Notes: generated from the sequence alone by a model not told the origin. A DNA stretch of 64,000 bases from Utricularia gibba (GCA_002189035.1 CM007989.1:2604001-2668000), one strand, 5' to 3'. Positions 42,079 to 56,137 are shown, counted from the stretch's first letter. Made by a program: numbers and translations.

Positions 42079-45000
42079 CTAAAAATTTTCCTTGTGAAAT
42101 TGAAATCGTGTAGATGAGTTCATGCTGAACTCTTGGCACAGAGACTTCAAAGATTTTGTTAGCATAGGACTCCCACAGTAGAACACACCTGCAGAGAAGA
42201 ACCCACTAAGATGGATTAAAACCCAACTTTCCTGATATTCTGAAAGGAAGGGAGGACTACCTATTCGGCTAGACGGATGAGTAACTGATAAGTCATCCAA
42301 AACTTTCCTCCAGTTGGGCCTCGCGAAGTGGGTTCGAATCTGTTTCAGTTTGTCAGAATGAAAAACCTTGTTGATGATGAGAATTTTCAAGAAAATTCAG
42401 CTTACTCTGGTTTCTGAAACGACATCAATGCCGTTCTTCGCATGTTGCAGGGATTGAACCATGGCGATCAGCGCTGATCGAGCATCACCTTCCGCATACA
42501 TGCTTGTTAGGTAGTTATGCATTTCTATCACTTGCTGCATAAACCACAGAAATAACCATGTAAACATTTGTCATCTTATTTTTTTTGTTGCTGAAAGCTG
42601 TGGTGCAACGTTTACGTTATGATCATACTCGGCGATATCGTCCATTACACCTTTGAACCATTCGAAGGAATCTTGTTCCCTAGTCACCCAGTAGAAATAT
42701 GCTCTGTCTGGACATTTCTTGTCTCCCCATGAATCGTCTGCAGTAGACTGTGGTAAATATCAATCATCATCTCTGTTTCTATCTGTCTTTTTTTCATGCT
42801 TTAAACGGATTTTGCATTGTCCCAGAGATTTACTCACAGACAGGGATTCATTGTTCACAATGTCCTTTATGATGCTGATAAATGGTGTAGCTCCGATTCC
42901 CAGCCCGATCAGCAGCAAAATATCATATTTCTTGTAGTTTTGTGCCGGTGCTCCATATGGTCCCTTGATCATAATTCTAGGTAGCCTGCTTCAAAGGTGA
43001 CGAGAATACATAAAAAGCATGGTCTATTTAGTCTCATGGGGAAGTAAACATACTGTATATGGTTTTCTGAATAGGCTTTGGTCTCCATTCTCACTAAACT
43101 CCCCATTCTTGGCTTTATTGTTGGAGCTTCACATGCCTGTTTGATGCATACAGTTGGAATTATCAGCACCTTTGTTCTCTTTGTTCGTTTAGTGAATGAA
43201 ACCAAACCTTGGCGAAATGATTCCTGAGCGCTGTTGTCCAATCCCCTAAAGTTCGAATATGGACACTCAAGAATTCGTCATCAGGAGCTGAGGTGATCGA
43301 AAACGGGTGCCTGTGAGGTGAATTCAACACTACGTGTCATGCAGTAGGAATGTGGTTTTGGGGGAAGAAGAGGTGCAGTTACCACTCAAATGCTGATATA
43401 TCAGGGCATTTAACAAAGAGGTACATTCCACTCTTGTACTTGAACTCTGGAGGTTTGCTCATATACAATGCCAAAACATTTCCTGTGTAGGTTACAGCCT
43501 GCATAAACAGGACAAATGAGGAGAAAAGAAACCCCAGATGGGCTCAACAGACAGCAAGCATACGGAATGCATGTAAGTGACCTTGATGATATCTACTGTG
43601 TGGTTGTGATCATATAGAGTGTGGATCCTTTCAATGGTGTAGATCAGCATTGGGACTGCAACATACATCCATGTCTAGCAAATATGTATATTTCTTTAGT
43701 CGTTTTACAGAACAGATGTTGTGACAAAGCAGTTAACTCACCGTTTTCTTGTACCATTGTCTGGTGAGGAATAAGAAGTATCCATGTATGATGAAAAGGA
43801 TGTAGACGAAGACGAGCAAATGGTGCGCATACCAAAAGGCATTAAACCCCGCCAAATGGTGCAGAGGCCATGGTAACTTAACAACATTCCTCCGGAATGA
43901 GTGTGTAGCTAATGTGAATGAAAATGTGATGAGGATGATCATGAGAGTTCCTGTGATTCCAGGTATACTTCTCACCAAATCCATGTAAGAAGGTTGATGA
44001 TGATGAAATGCTTCCCGAGAATTGGCTCAAATGTATCATTTGGACATGAGGCGATTCGTATGAGATCACAACTCAAGTGCATCATGGTGTGGATGACAAC
44101 TCCTGTAAGAACACCAGCAGCTATGAGTTTGTGGAAGTTGATGTTATCATCAAATGGAATAATTGTTCCAGAAATGTGTCTCTGAGCTTTGTGAGGCTTC
44201 TTCTACAGACAGGAAGCAGAATGAGAGCCATATTGAACTTTGTTGTCTCTGCTGCACCTTTGGCAAAGCACAAACAGTACCCCATGATCTGAAATGCGGC
44301 CCGGTGTCTATACTGATAGAATTTCCACGCAAAGAGTGAAAGATTTATACTGATCCACAATGTTACCAGCCAAATCCTCTTCCAATTATCGAAGAATTTA
44401 TCTCTGGAGATCGACAGGCACTTGCTGACTGTTGTTCTGTACTCTTTGGGAATCATTGTTAGAGCTAAAGTTCTAGCTTTCTCGACAGATTTTTCGCATC
44501 CATCCACCGAAACCATCCCTCTTAAAAGTGTCTCAAGTTGCCACATCTGTTTCAAGTACAGCAGGATGTAGTGGGAGGACTTGATAGAAGTTACTGATGA
44601 AGAAATGAAAAGAGGAACCTCTATGTATCCTTTGTGGTCAGGATCCAGCTCTTCCATGATTAGTGAAGCATATGTTGCAGCATGTTGCTTAAATTTGGAC
44701 AGTTTGTTTGCCGAAGCACTTAGAACTAGAACCTTGAACATGGCAGAGAATGCAGATATTCAGGCAAGTTGAATCTGAAACAACTGCTTTTGTTCACTCT
44801 CACCTCTCTGACCTCTTCCTCTGATAACCTTCCATCTCCATTCTTGTCACACCTGCAGAAAATCCAGTTCATCATCTATCAGCAAACGGTTTCTACAATC
44901 CAAGAAGCGGATTGCTTACATGTCGAAGAATATCTGAAGCCTCATATCAAGGTCCTGGCTTGTCATATCTTCCCAGAACTCCCTCAACTGATGTATGTTA

Positions 45001-45424
45001 ACCCCATCTCCTGCAATGATTCTCCTGCGCCTCGCCAATGCATCGAACAACTCAGCTGCAAATTCCTTACTATCTCCCAACCCTGCAACACATGAAATCA
45101 TGGTACTCAATACTTCTCCTTCTGATTCTTTGGTGAACATGAGTGATAGAGGGATCCATGAAGATCTAAAGAGGGAAGAAGAAACAGATATCAACCTGTA
45201 CAAACTCCAAATTTATCTCTGAAGAGTCTCCCATCGATGGCATTCTCATGAAAGCGTCTCTCTATTGCTTTCCATGCATCAGCCTCCTTCCCTGTTTTTG
45301 CTCTGTCGAGGAACCGCAGCCCCATCAATCCATTTCTTGCTCCAGATTCAACCCGTCGCAATGATAATGGAACACCTTCTGCATTATTCTCCATGCTTCT
45401 GTGACCATCCTCAATTCCCATCAT
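42079..45424 (-). CDS. Respiratory burst oxidase homologue (NADPH oxidase), RBOHH/J type; two 1-nt frameshifts in exon 5 (about 44168 and 44006)
   Basis: [22 protein letters not shown] hands ([21 protein letters not shown]), [70 protein letters not shown]-terminus FHKENF*. Confidence 0.9.
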
Positions 45425-46013
45425 TCTTCACTGTTGTGATCCTGATCTGCCAGACTAAGCGATGCTGTCCATCATCTCCTGGCTCCTCTTACATTTTTAT
45501 TCGATGCAGGATTCAACAGGCATTCTCAACAATGAAATGAGGGTAGTTTCGAACATGAAAATAGCAGAGTTAGGTAAATTGGTTGGTTTCCCGTTTCCTA
45601 TTTTTTGTCAATTTTTATACAACAGATCCAGTAATGTGCCAATGTGATGTTGGATTTTTCTGCACTGTATTTTACCATGTAGTCATTTCTCATCACCTCG
45701 AAACTTACCAACAGAAGTATTGGCTAATGTCGATCTTGATCATACATACTACAGTTTGATTAGATCCGATCAACACCAAATCCACTTGGACCATCACACA
45801 ACCACAGGAGAACTAGTCTTCATATGGTATTAAAAGGGGTTATATAACAAGTTTGTGCAAAGAAAGTGAGTATTCCCATTCTCCGTCAAATTGAAAACAC
45901 GGCTGACGTGAGAGAGGCAACAAATGTTGATTGGTTTCTGTTGTACAACAGCACATGTTGTAACTGCAGCATCACCCTATCTTTGTATCATCCTATCCTG
46001 TTCACTGCTATGT

Positions 46014-49000
46014 TCAGTTGATAGCAGTAAGAGGAACACGGGGATCTCGCAGTGAGACAGATGCCTCGTGGGGATGCTTGACATCTCCATTTTCCTGCTG
46101 CTTTGGTGGTTTTGCTTCCCAAAATGACTTCAGCAGTTCATCGAAGGATTGTGTTCTGATTTCCTCGATGGAGGCTATGCTTGGAGGGTTAACAGGTCGC
46201 TTCTTCGGCGTCGAGCATGACGGTTGATCAATCTGCAATCAATTTTATACGATGCTGAAATTCAATCTCTTCCAGCAAGTAATCCAGTAGTATGGTTTCT
46301 TTCTTACCATGTACTGCTCAAGGAGGCATGTGCCAGCATTTTCTTTGATTTCTGCAATCTTGTGGTGATGCCCATTATTCAGATCTCTCAAATCATCACA
46401 GCAAGGAACAATCAGTGAGTCCAGGTTGCTAGATGCTTCATGGTCCAGTTGTAGCGACCCTGCAGGCGGCGGTGGTTTTTAACAATCTGGAAAGCTGGCG
46501 ATAAGATAAGATAAGAACTTACTGTTAATGGATGATCTGAGACTCTCGGTTCCAATATTTGCATCTTCCATGGCAGAAGATACAGCTGAGGAGAATTTCC
46601 CACGTAGGTGGTCGATGGTGTTCGTACCTTTCCTGTATCATACAAAACAGGTGTTGGATGAACCAAAAAAATAATCGCATGACTGGTGTATTTTTCTATG
46701 TAAATGTCGTAAACTGACCTGGCTATTCCTTCAACAGATGCGACGTTGCTCCTCTCTAAAGTAAGCAGGGAGTCTTGAGCATCTTTCCAATGTGTTGCAC
46801 CCAGTTTTGCTTGCTCCATGCTGCATGATTTCAAATAAAAGTTTTAACGATGTGAGTGAACCCAGAAATCCTTGGAAATGAAGGCAATCATGCTTACCAC
46901 TTCGAGAGAATGGATTCCATATCTTTTCTTCCAGTTTCCACTGAAGCTGTGTTCTCTTCATATTGCGATTCAGAGTTCTGCGCAAAACTTGTCCATTCAG
47001 CTTTAACAGAGCACGTAGCCTCATGCATCACTGCCATCTCCTTCTGGAGTATGTTTGTTCTGCTGGTTTCACTATCCCGAATGCCATCAATGGTGGACTT
47101 AACCTAGTTCCATCATCAGTTATTCATTATGTTCAAAAACCCAGTTGATAATTTTCACGGACAAGGAACTGGAAAAAAAAAATTTGCTAAAAAGGAAGGA
47201 CTCAAGAAACGGAATCCTCCTAGACATGATCTTCTCAATGTGAAACACAAGAAGAAGAATCAGATTAACAAGAAGACCAACAGAATTCCAAGACGTACCA
47301 ATTTTCTCTTCCTAGCGTTTGAATCAGCAAGCAGCTCTGCCACTTTTTCTAGCAGTTGTTTTTCTTCATTAGCAGCGCATTCCTGCACATGGCACTCACG
47401 AAAATTCAGAGTCAATTTAAAATTATATACCTTTATGTAGCAGCTTTGTTACCTCAAACTTCTGTTCAAGTTCAGATAGCTTCCGATCATTAATCATCTG
47501 TGACTCTCTTACAATTTGGCCAAACATGGAGGCATGGCCGTCTAAGGTATTGAAGAAACTCATAATTATTTGAGAAATTGACCAAGTTGATTCAATAGCC
47601 CTTTGATGAGCCTGTATATATTCATGTAAACATTCAGTACTATTTCTATATGTAATACCTGAGACAAAAACAGAGTGGTTCGTTTACAAATGAACGTATT
47701 TAATAGCATATTCTACCAACCTGTCGCTGCTTTTGTGCGTATGTGGTCAATTTCTCTTCCTGTATGCGTAGACCGTCTTGAAGACCAACAAGTAAACTAT
47801 CAGCCTCTGAAGTAACTCTTCCGAGAAGCTGAAAAAGTATTAAGGACCATCAAAAATCATGCCAGCAGAGGTTGCTAAGCTGTGAGTACAAACCTCCTCT
47901 ACAGATGATGAGTGTGTGGAAACTTCTGCATTCAGCAGATGAAAAGTTTTCTGTGAATTCTGCATCAGTTCCGCATCTAAATCATCTAAGGCCTTGATTC
48001 CACATTCATACATATTCCTCAAGTTCTCAACATGACCTTGAAGGACTTCAGTAGACTAAAAGTAAATGCAAGTATTAATATCCAAGGCGTGTAAAATATT
48101 TGCTATATTGAAAATATGTACCTCTATCTTTGTAGATACAAATGCATGCATATCCGCTTGCATATCGTTTAGCTGCTTCTCTTGGTGAGAAGTTGAAGAT
48201 GCAACAGCTTTATGCAAGATTTCAAGCTGCTGAATCAACTGGGTTTGGAACTTTTGTATCAAAGTTCTATTTTCGTTTTCAATCATGTCCTTGCGTTCTG
48301 TAAACATTGGAAATACTTTAGATTACCAGGGCACGGCTTCAGAAAAAAACGTGAAAAACTGAAGTTAGGAAGAATATAGTCTGACCTATCTTATTGAAGA
48401 GATTAGTGATTTCAAATGATGTTTTCTCCAGTTCTGCGCGGAGATCGAATGCGCAATTGACAAGAGCATTTTCTGGCAGAATGCAGAAATGGTAGCTCAT
48501 TACATGATACATGAAGACAATATGAAAGAAATGGTAGGGAAAAAGTCATTGAAATGCTGAAGATATAATTTGGAAGAACCACAAAATCCAGATTTAAAAG
48601 GTACAACGATTGCAAAATTATGGAGCGTCGGAGCAAAAGATGCCCACTCACCAGATTTAAGAAGATTTGATATTATGTACTCCTTTTCCTTTATTGTTGC
48701 ATTTGCTTGCCTGTGTTTTTCCTCAAGATCTAGCAATGAATGCTCAGTTGCATGAAGCTTTTTCTGAAGTACATCAATGAGCGTGATTAGAGAATACCAT
48801 CATAGATTTGACTAGAAATTCAGTGTTTCTTTAATCTATTTAAAAATTCTTACCTCCGTCTTTTCAAGCTTATCACTAAGTTCACTAGTCAGTTGCTGCT
48901 GAGAACCATACAATTCCCGGAGCTCTGCTAGTTGCTGTACAGAAAGTGAAATTACAATTTCATGAGATTATGCTTTATTTTAGCACCAAAAAATATTAAC

Positions 49001-51293
49001 TAAAAGGTTTATTAAAACATTCTACCTTGTCCCTGGATTCAAAGTCGAGTTCCATGCGCTCTATCTTTTCTGTCATTGCCTATAAAATGAAAAGACAAAG
49101 CATGTAAAAAGAACGAAAGCCTCGCACTAATTTCATAAACTTCATAGTATAACCACACCTTTTTTTCTGCCTCTTCTTGGAGAAAACGATCTCTTGGTAT
49201 GTATATTCCATTCTTCTCTCTAGCAGCATACACCTCTAAAGAAATACGTGTTCAGCATTCAATAACCCCGCAGAAGGATATTCTGCTAATGAATGCATTT
49301 AAAATAAATTATGCAAAAAAACACTCTTTTTTACCTTGCTTTAGGCGATCAATTTCAGAGTAAAGATCCTTGATGAGCGCAGATTTCATCATTTTCTGAT
49401 TGATCTATGATCATACGATTTGCTCAGTAACCTTATAAACAGGTCAACGAAAATTATATCAGAGAAGCAATTCTAACAATCTAACCTCAGGTTTGTTCTT
49501 TATGTTTTTGGCACGATGAGCATAGTCAAGCGTACTCAGAGTTTCTTCCAGAGAAAGGATAGAAGGGGATATTGTGGCAATTATGCATGTCTTCGTTTTT
49601 CCTCCAAGGGAATCTCTTAGTAGCCTTGTTATCTTGCTATCCCTGAGATAAACCACATGTTAACCATACGACGATTCTTGACCATAGTACAAAAGATGAT
49701 TTAAATGATATAAACCTGTAAGGCACGTGGCCAGAATGCTCAACCAAAGCATTTATCACTCTTCCGAGAGTTAGCAAGCTCTTATTGATTTCACCTGCTT
49801 CCCTTGCTCTGCCCTGCATAAGTGAAAGGAGCTTGTAGTGTTTCTATCACAATCTGAATAGAGAATCAGGTCATAAAATGCCAATCCTAATTTCATATAA
49901 CCCTGTATCAGTTTCATAGGTACTTTTTAACACCTCTTTCAGTAAAATAGCTGCAGTTGCCCATGGCTAATGTCATTCTATAATCTTACCTCTCTAGCAC
50001 CAGACCGTGAAATGTTCTCAGAGCCCGCTAGGTCAACAAGATTCAGCTTCCCACATTTGATCATTTCTTCTCCTTCTGGTGTGCACTCTTTAATGTGAAT
50101 GGTGATTGAAAAAATAGAGTGAGAACGGCTACTCTGTTTGTTTAGAAGAGTTTCAGCTGTTCTTCTTTTGGCAGAACCTTTTTCTAGGATCTTATATATT
50201 TCATTAGCAGTGGTTACAATCTCTTCTTCCAGACCCCTAACAAAAACTCCACCTTTTCCATCCTCCATGAGCGCTATTGGCTTTTTGGTCTTATCATCGA
50301 CGAACTTTGAACATTCTTCTGGTGCCAAAAGATCAGTTATTTCCTCATTATACAGCTCTATAAATGTAACCTTCATGCTATACTCCGCATGCTGGGCCTC
50401 CAAAATGTCAAAAATTTGTTTAACGGCTCTTGGAATGACGCCTGCATCACTTGGGAATTCGCCATTCTTCACAAGAAAATGTCAAATCATCAAGAGGAAT
50501 AACGACCAAAAAAAAGGGGAAATTTGCAATCAGTAGAAAATAAACCTTCTTCCTTGCCCCGCCTTCCATGGTGTACGTTTTCCCAGTTCCTGTTTGCCCA
50601 TAAGCAAATATCGTGCAGTTGTAGCCCTCGAGAACTTCAAACACTATTGGCCAAACTGCTTGGTCATATACATCCTTTTGCTGGGATGCTGGACCAAAAA
50701 CCTACAGGCGAGAAATAATCATAACATGAACGTAATCAAGGAGTAAAACTGCACTGCGCCATACTTTACACCACAAACTTCGAATGATAACAAACACTTC
50801 TGCCAACAACAAGCCACGATACTGCATTCAACCTATTCTATAACCAAGTTTCATCGGTTCTAGAATTATGGCTAAAAGGCTAAACAGTATAGCAAGGAAA
50901 TGGGTACCTTGTCAAAAACAAAAGTCCTATCGATCTGCTTGTTTGCAATATTTTGAACCGCACAAACTTCTCTTCGGTTCTCATTGCAGGAAATCACCAC
51001 TGGAGTGTTCAGCCTCCGCTCATCATCACTCAACGGTCTGAAAATTCAACATACCCATAAAACTCACTTCCCAAACAAAATAAAAAAACCTTGAGAGGAT
51101 AAGAAAATGGCTGCTTAACCTGCAACGAAGAATGACCTGGACATTGACTCCTTTATCCTTATCATGTTTACCACTAAAGGCCCCTCCCCCGATCGCAGAT
51201 CTCGCTCACCCTTATCAGTCGATCGAGGCGTCTGCGATGGTGAAATCGGCACCATCCCCCACCGCATCTCCTCTGAGCAGCAGCACCCTCCAT
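46014..51293 (-). CDS. Kinesin-5 (BimC/Eg5 family), KIN5A/D-like; two 1-nt frameshifts in exon 1 (51256-51260 and 51181-51184)
   Basis: [22 protein letters not shown]-loop [13 protein letters not shown], switch motifs SSRSHSIF and [21 protein letters not shown], long coiled-coil stalk, BimC-box-like [10 protein letters not shown]-terminus PRVPLTAIN*. Confidence 0.93.
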
Positions 51294-51635
51294 TTTAACC
51301 AAACCCTTCTTTTACCTGTTACCGAATCTCGTGAGCTTCAACGACAACACACATTCCATCCGAAACTCAATCATAACAAAATCTCATCAAATCAAATCCA
51401 AAAACACCCATCAATCTCACCAATGAACAGCTCAAAAAACCGAACCCGAATAACCTAGAAGCCACAAACACAAGCAATGTGCAACTCTGAAGCAGAATCC
51501 GGCAAAACTCGTGCTGTGTTTTGGATGCTTTTGACTTATGACTGAAGAAAGGAAACAGCTTGGAGAGAGAGAGAGAGTGAAGAAGAAATGCGTGTCTTTC
51601 AAGTGTTTAAAAAAAAAGAAAGAAAAAAAATTGGT

Positions 51636-51695
51636 CCGTTGAGGAAGAAGAGATCTGGGTTTTGAATTGGAGTAGAACGTTGATTTGTGACCGTT
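51636..51695. promoter_or_regulatory. Two MSA-type cores (CCGTT, i.e. AACGG on the minus strand) upstream of kinesin-5
   Basis: CCGTT at 51636-51640 and 51691-51695, 340-400 bp upstream of the ATG of a mitotic kinesin. Confidence 0.45.
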
Positions 51696-54600
51696 ATTCT
51701 CGGTGATATTTAATTTCGAGTGGGGCCTCGGGAATATAATAATTAAATAACTGCCCCTTTCTATTCCAATTTTCAAAACAAATGGGGCAATAATCATAAT
51801 TTTAGCCTTTTATTTCAACCAGCAACCAGGTATCGACTCCGACACCGACACCGACACGCGCAATTCGAACTCTCCACTACGAAACTAATATTTTTTCCAA
51901 GTTCAAAATGAGCATGAGAAACCCCCATTTCTGAAATAATACAGAGAGTGGTTTGGAAATAATGGGGGGCGCATTTAACCAACTAACAGTACATGGGGCA
52001 GAAAAAGAAGTATGGAAAGAAAATAGGGGCGCAGATGCAAATTCATGAAAAAGGCGTGGTCCATTTGAGTCACCCTCATAGTGTGGGGGTGCGTCAGTTA
52101 TTTGGGGTGGGATCAAAGTTGCCGGCTAGGCGCTACCGAGGGATATCTACGAACCCGGACACTCGGAAATGCTCATTGTTGAATTTCCAGAATTGGAATT
52201 ACACTAAATAAATATTTCCCTTTTTAAGATATATTTATTTGAAAAGCCAATAATAATTTGAGAAAACTGTACAAAATTGGTCGTTGAGTTTCAATAAAAT
52301 GAGGCATTAAATTGACTGTTTTGAAAATTAAAATTACCAAAATCGGATTTCCCACTATATAAATTGTATGCTGAGAAAATTAAAAGTAATGATATAATAA
52401 ATTTTAATGAAATTAAAATTAATGCAGATGAAATTTAATAAAAATAGGATACGTGCAAGCCGGAGTCGCCAAATGTGGAATAATATCTCAAATTTATCAT
52501 TTTGAATTTTTTTTTATAATGGTTTAATTGTGTTTAATGTATTATAGATATATTATGAAAAATAAAAATAATTATCTGATTTTAAATTTTTTTTATAAAA
52601 AGTATTAATTTTAATCCAAAAAATACGGTTGCGCATTTGGTCCGACAATGCAACTTTAGGATTATTTAAAAAAAGTAATCAACCTGGTTTTCTTTTTCAC
52701 TTATTAAAATCATTTTTTTATATATATGATGATTATTTTTATTATACATTTAAAATAAGATGATTACTTTTCTAATATATCATGTAACTCTAAGGAGGTT
52801 TTGCAGCAAAGTATTTTAACATCTGAGTTAAATTCGAACTTAGATTCGCTTTAATTTGAAGTCATAATTTTTATAAAAATTTTGAAATTTAAAAATATTA
52901 AATTGAACTAATTATTTTTATTTTATATTAGGTCTCGTTTTAAAAAGAGTTACATCCAATTGAACTCGATTTTAATCTAAAAATCAATGAGAAATTCAAG
53001 TGCATGTCTATCAAGAGTAAGTGCAAGTGTGATGGGCAGGAGAGACAATGTGTGGTTCCCGAGATTTAAATTTTGGATGGATTGGGTCACTCTCACTCAA
53101 ATTGCATTAAATTGGTTCTAAATCTCACTTCCCAAGAACCCAAGGCTGTGGGATGCCATTGGCATTTGCAGCGTAGAGTGATTTCAGGATATGGACTCGT
53201 AACAGCAGCTATAATGTCAAGGAGTACGCGCAGTAGAATCAAATCGGCAACCCCTCGTGAGCGCGACTTCCATGTGATCACCACGTGGGCGATGGTCACC
53301 CGTGATCGCACCGCCATCGGTCTCTCAGACAAGCTTTCAACCCAATCACTTTGCTTCTATTCTCAGATGTGTCATCCCTTCTCCAATGGCTGCTTCTGAA
53401 CCTTTATATTTGTTTCAGGCGCCCCATTTGATGATAATTCACTGTAGTTTTAAAGCTTGGAGGAATGGCTTCAATCCAACAAGGAAGGCGGTTGGAGGGA
53501 GTGGAAAAAGTTGGTTGAAGGTTGATGTAATAAATGAACTCTTATCTGGTGTGGGTTGCCAACTCTGGTTGGCCACATCTTCTGTTCTGCATGCGAAGAT
53601 GAGACGAGATCTCGCTTTTGCACGACAGATGTGCCGCTGCATCATCCAAGCATCGATGCGTTTCCCTGACATGAAGACAAAAATACAGGTTGTTTGTCCC
53701 GGTTCAATCAGCTTATCAAACAAGAATCTGTGGAAACAAGAGCTGCTTCGTGCTGAGGTGATTGGTTCCACAAGACTTGGATATGTGATTTTGTAATTGA
53801 ACTGAAGGTTGGGTCTCAAACTGGGGCATCTTAAGAGAACTAGACTGAGCCAGGAGGGTAAATACTAAATAGTGTGCACCCATCTGGTTGGTTTTCTTTT
53901 AGCCTCAAGGCCCGAATCCATGAATCTGGTCGGTACGTATCATTGATTACAGGAACGGAACGGAATTGTTCCAATGAGTGTTTTCGAAACCGTTCCTTTT
54001 TCGTTTTCTAAAGCAACTAAATATTCAAACAAGATGTTGAAAGACTGCAAGATGCTCTAACGTGCAGAAAAAAGCTGTTTCGAACACAACTTGTAATGGA
54101 TGTCAAACTGGGAAATGGAGATGCGAACAACTGGTGTAATAAGCAATTTGATGACAGCTAAATTCGTGTCAAGAAACGTTTCCCGCAGCTCCAATGGCAG
54201 CTAACCATGGCACTTCCTGAAGCAACATATCTGCTTCCTTGCTCGTCTCTGTGGAATCATCACCCCTTTTTCTTGTTTCTGTTACGGAAGGAAACATATG
54301 TGTGGAAAACTTCGATGCCGACTTCAACGCTTTCGGAGGCTGGAAAAGTTCCAACTTCTGGCAACACTGTTACAGCATTAATGTAGCTGATTGGCCAGGA
54401 TTCTCATGTAAGTTACTGACTGATCAAGCATTCTGCTTTCGCTCCATTGTCAGAGTCTTCCAGCTCCACTGCTTCGTTCGCTTTTTCATGCTTCATCAGC
54501 AAGCCATTGATTTTAGGGCAGATAACCTCGATCGCTGATTCCCTCCACAAAATTCCGCAGCATTTACATGATTTTTTACACACAATCACTCGACCAATTG

Positions 54601-54970
54601 GATTGACGCAGTTCTTCATTTCAAAAATATGTCAAGATTCACTTTTTTTTTGTTCAGAATCAGTTATTACAAGTATTAGTACTTTTACCAAGTTTTTTGT
54701 CATGTATTGTTTCATAAATATATTGGATGCAATACTTTTCTAGCAGAATATTATGTTTATTTATTTATCTATAATAGAACATTATGATTATTTATTTATT
54801 ATATATATATTTATAATATTTGTAAAAATTAAAAATAAAAATATGTGGATAAACATAGAAAAAAAATAACCATTTTTTTAATTTATGGAGAGTCATTTAA
54901 AAATGCCTGCCTTTCACGTTCACATTTCAGTTGCACCCAAGAAGCCCGCCCTTGCCACCATTTTCCGGCC

Positions 54971-56137
54971 ATGAGAACCGCCAACCACGTTACAGGCTTT
55001 CTCAATTTCCTCAGCTTCCTTCTCTCCATACCCGTGATCGGCGGCGCGATCTGGCTGAGCAGCCGCGCCGCGAATACTGATTGCATGAAGTTTCTCCAGT
55101 GGCCCCTAATCGTTATCGGCGCCAGCCTCATGCTGGTCTCCCTTGCCGGCTTCGCGGGTGCATGCTACCGCAACACTGTTCTCATGTACTTCTACCTCTG
55201 GGCCATGTTTCTCATCATCGCAGCGCTCATCGGCCTCACCATCTTCGCCTTCGCCGCCATAGGAAAAGGCTCCGGCCACCCGGTCCTCGACCGCGTCTAC
55301 CTCGAGTATCGACTTCATGACTTCTCCGGCTGGCTCGCTAGCCGCGTCGCGGATCAGAATTATTGGGCACAAATTGGCTCCTGCATCAGGGATTCCGGCG
55401 TCTGTCCTAAGCTCGCCAGGAGCCACGAGACGGCAGAGATGTTTTACCTCAAGAAGCTCTCTCCCGTTGAGGTAATCACACTCCCGTTTTGCATCATACT
55501 AAATTTTAAAATTTTTTTAAAACTCAAATTGGTCATGTTAATTTCAACACAATTTATAATGAAAAATTGTATTTTAAAATTTAAAACTCCAAATCATTTA
55601 ATCTCCAACTTTTCTTCTTGAAGAATATTCATGTTTATCCTCTAGAAGAATATTCGGAAAAAAAAATTGCCTTTTTCTTCTTCTTTTGCTATTCCCTTCC
55701 CATTGGCGAATCTTCTCACTTTATGTTGTTCTTATCCAATAGATGTTTTTTTTGTTTATAAAGAATTAATCGTTTTTTAATGTTAATTTATGTACATGCA
55801 GTCGGGATGTTGCAAACCTCCGGCGTCGTGCGGCTACACGTACATAAATGACATCTTTTGGGTCCCCGGAGACGGGTTCCCGGACGGCGATCCGGACTGC
55901 GCACGGTGGAGCAACGACGAGGGACAGCTCTGCTACGGCTGCGACTCGTGCAAAGCGGGAATTGTGGCTGCCGTGAAGTCCAGCTGGACGAAGGTTTCGG
56001 TCGTGAATGTGGTGGTTCTCATCATCTTCGTCTTGCTCTACGTGGTGGCTTACAAGGCGTTCAGGCATAACAAGAAGCTTGACAACGATGAAGCGTACGG
56101 AGAGACCCGGATGCAGAAGGCCCGACCCAGAGGCTAA
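54971..56137 (+). CDS. TET3: Tetraspanin, TET3/TET4-like; exons 54971-55471 and 55802-56137; 278 aa
   Basis: MRTANHVTGFLNFLSFLLSIPVIGGAIWLS..TDCMKFLQWP, four TM helices, plant tetraspanin signature SGCCKPP, LCYGCDSCKAG, and the single conserved intron before SGCC. Confidence 0.88.

Noticed and set aside
52450-52655. MITE defined by an imperfect inverted pair (GTCG..CCAAATG / CATTTGG..CGAC)
   Set aside because: The arms match only in short blocks and no TSD is visible.
53439-53560. Non-LTR retrotransposon RNase H remnant (WLKVDV..SGVG)
   Set aside because: A single short motif resemblance with no supporting downstream motifs; kept only as part of the unexplained island.
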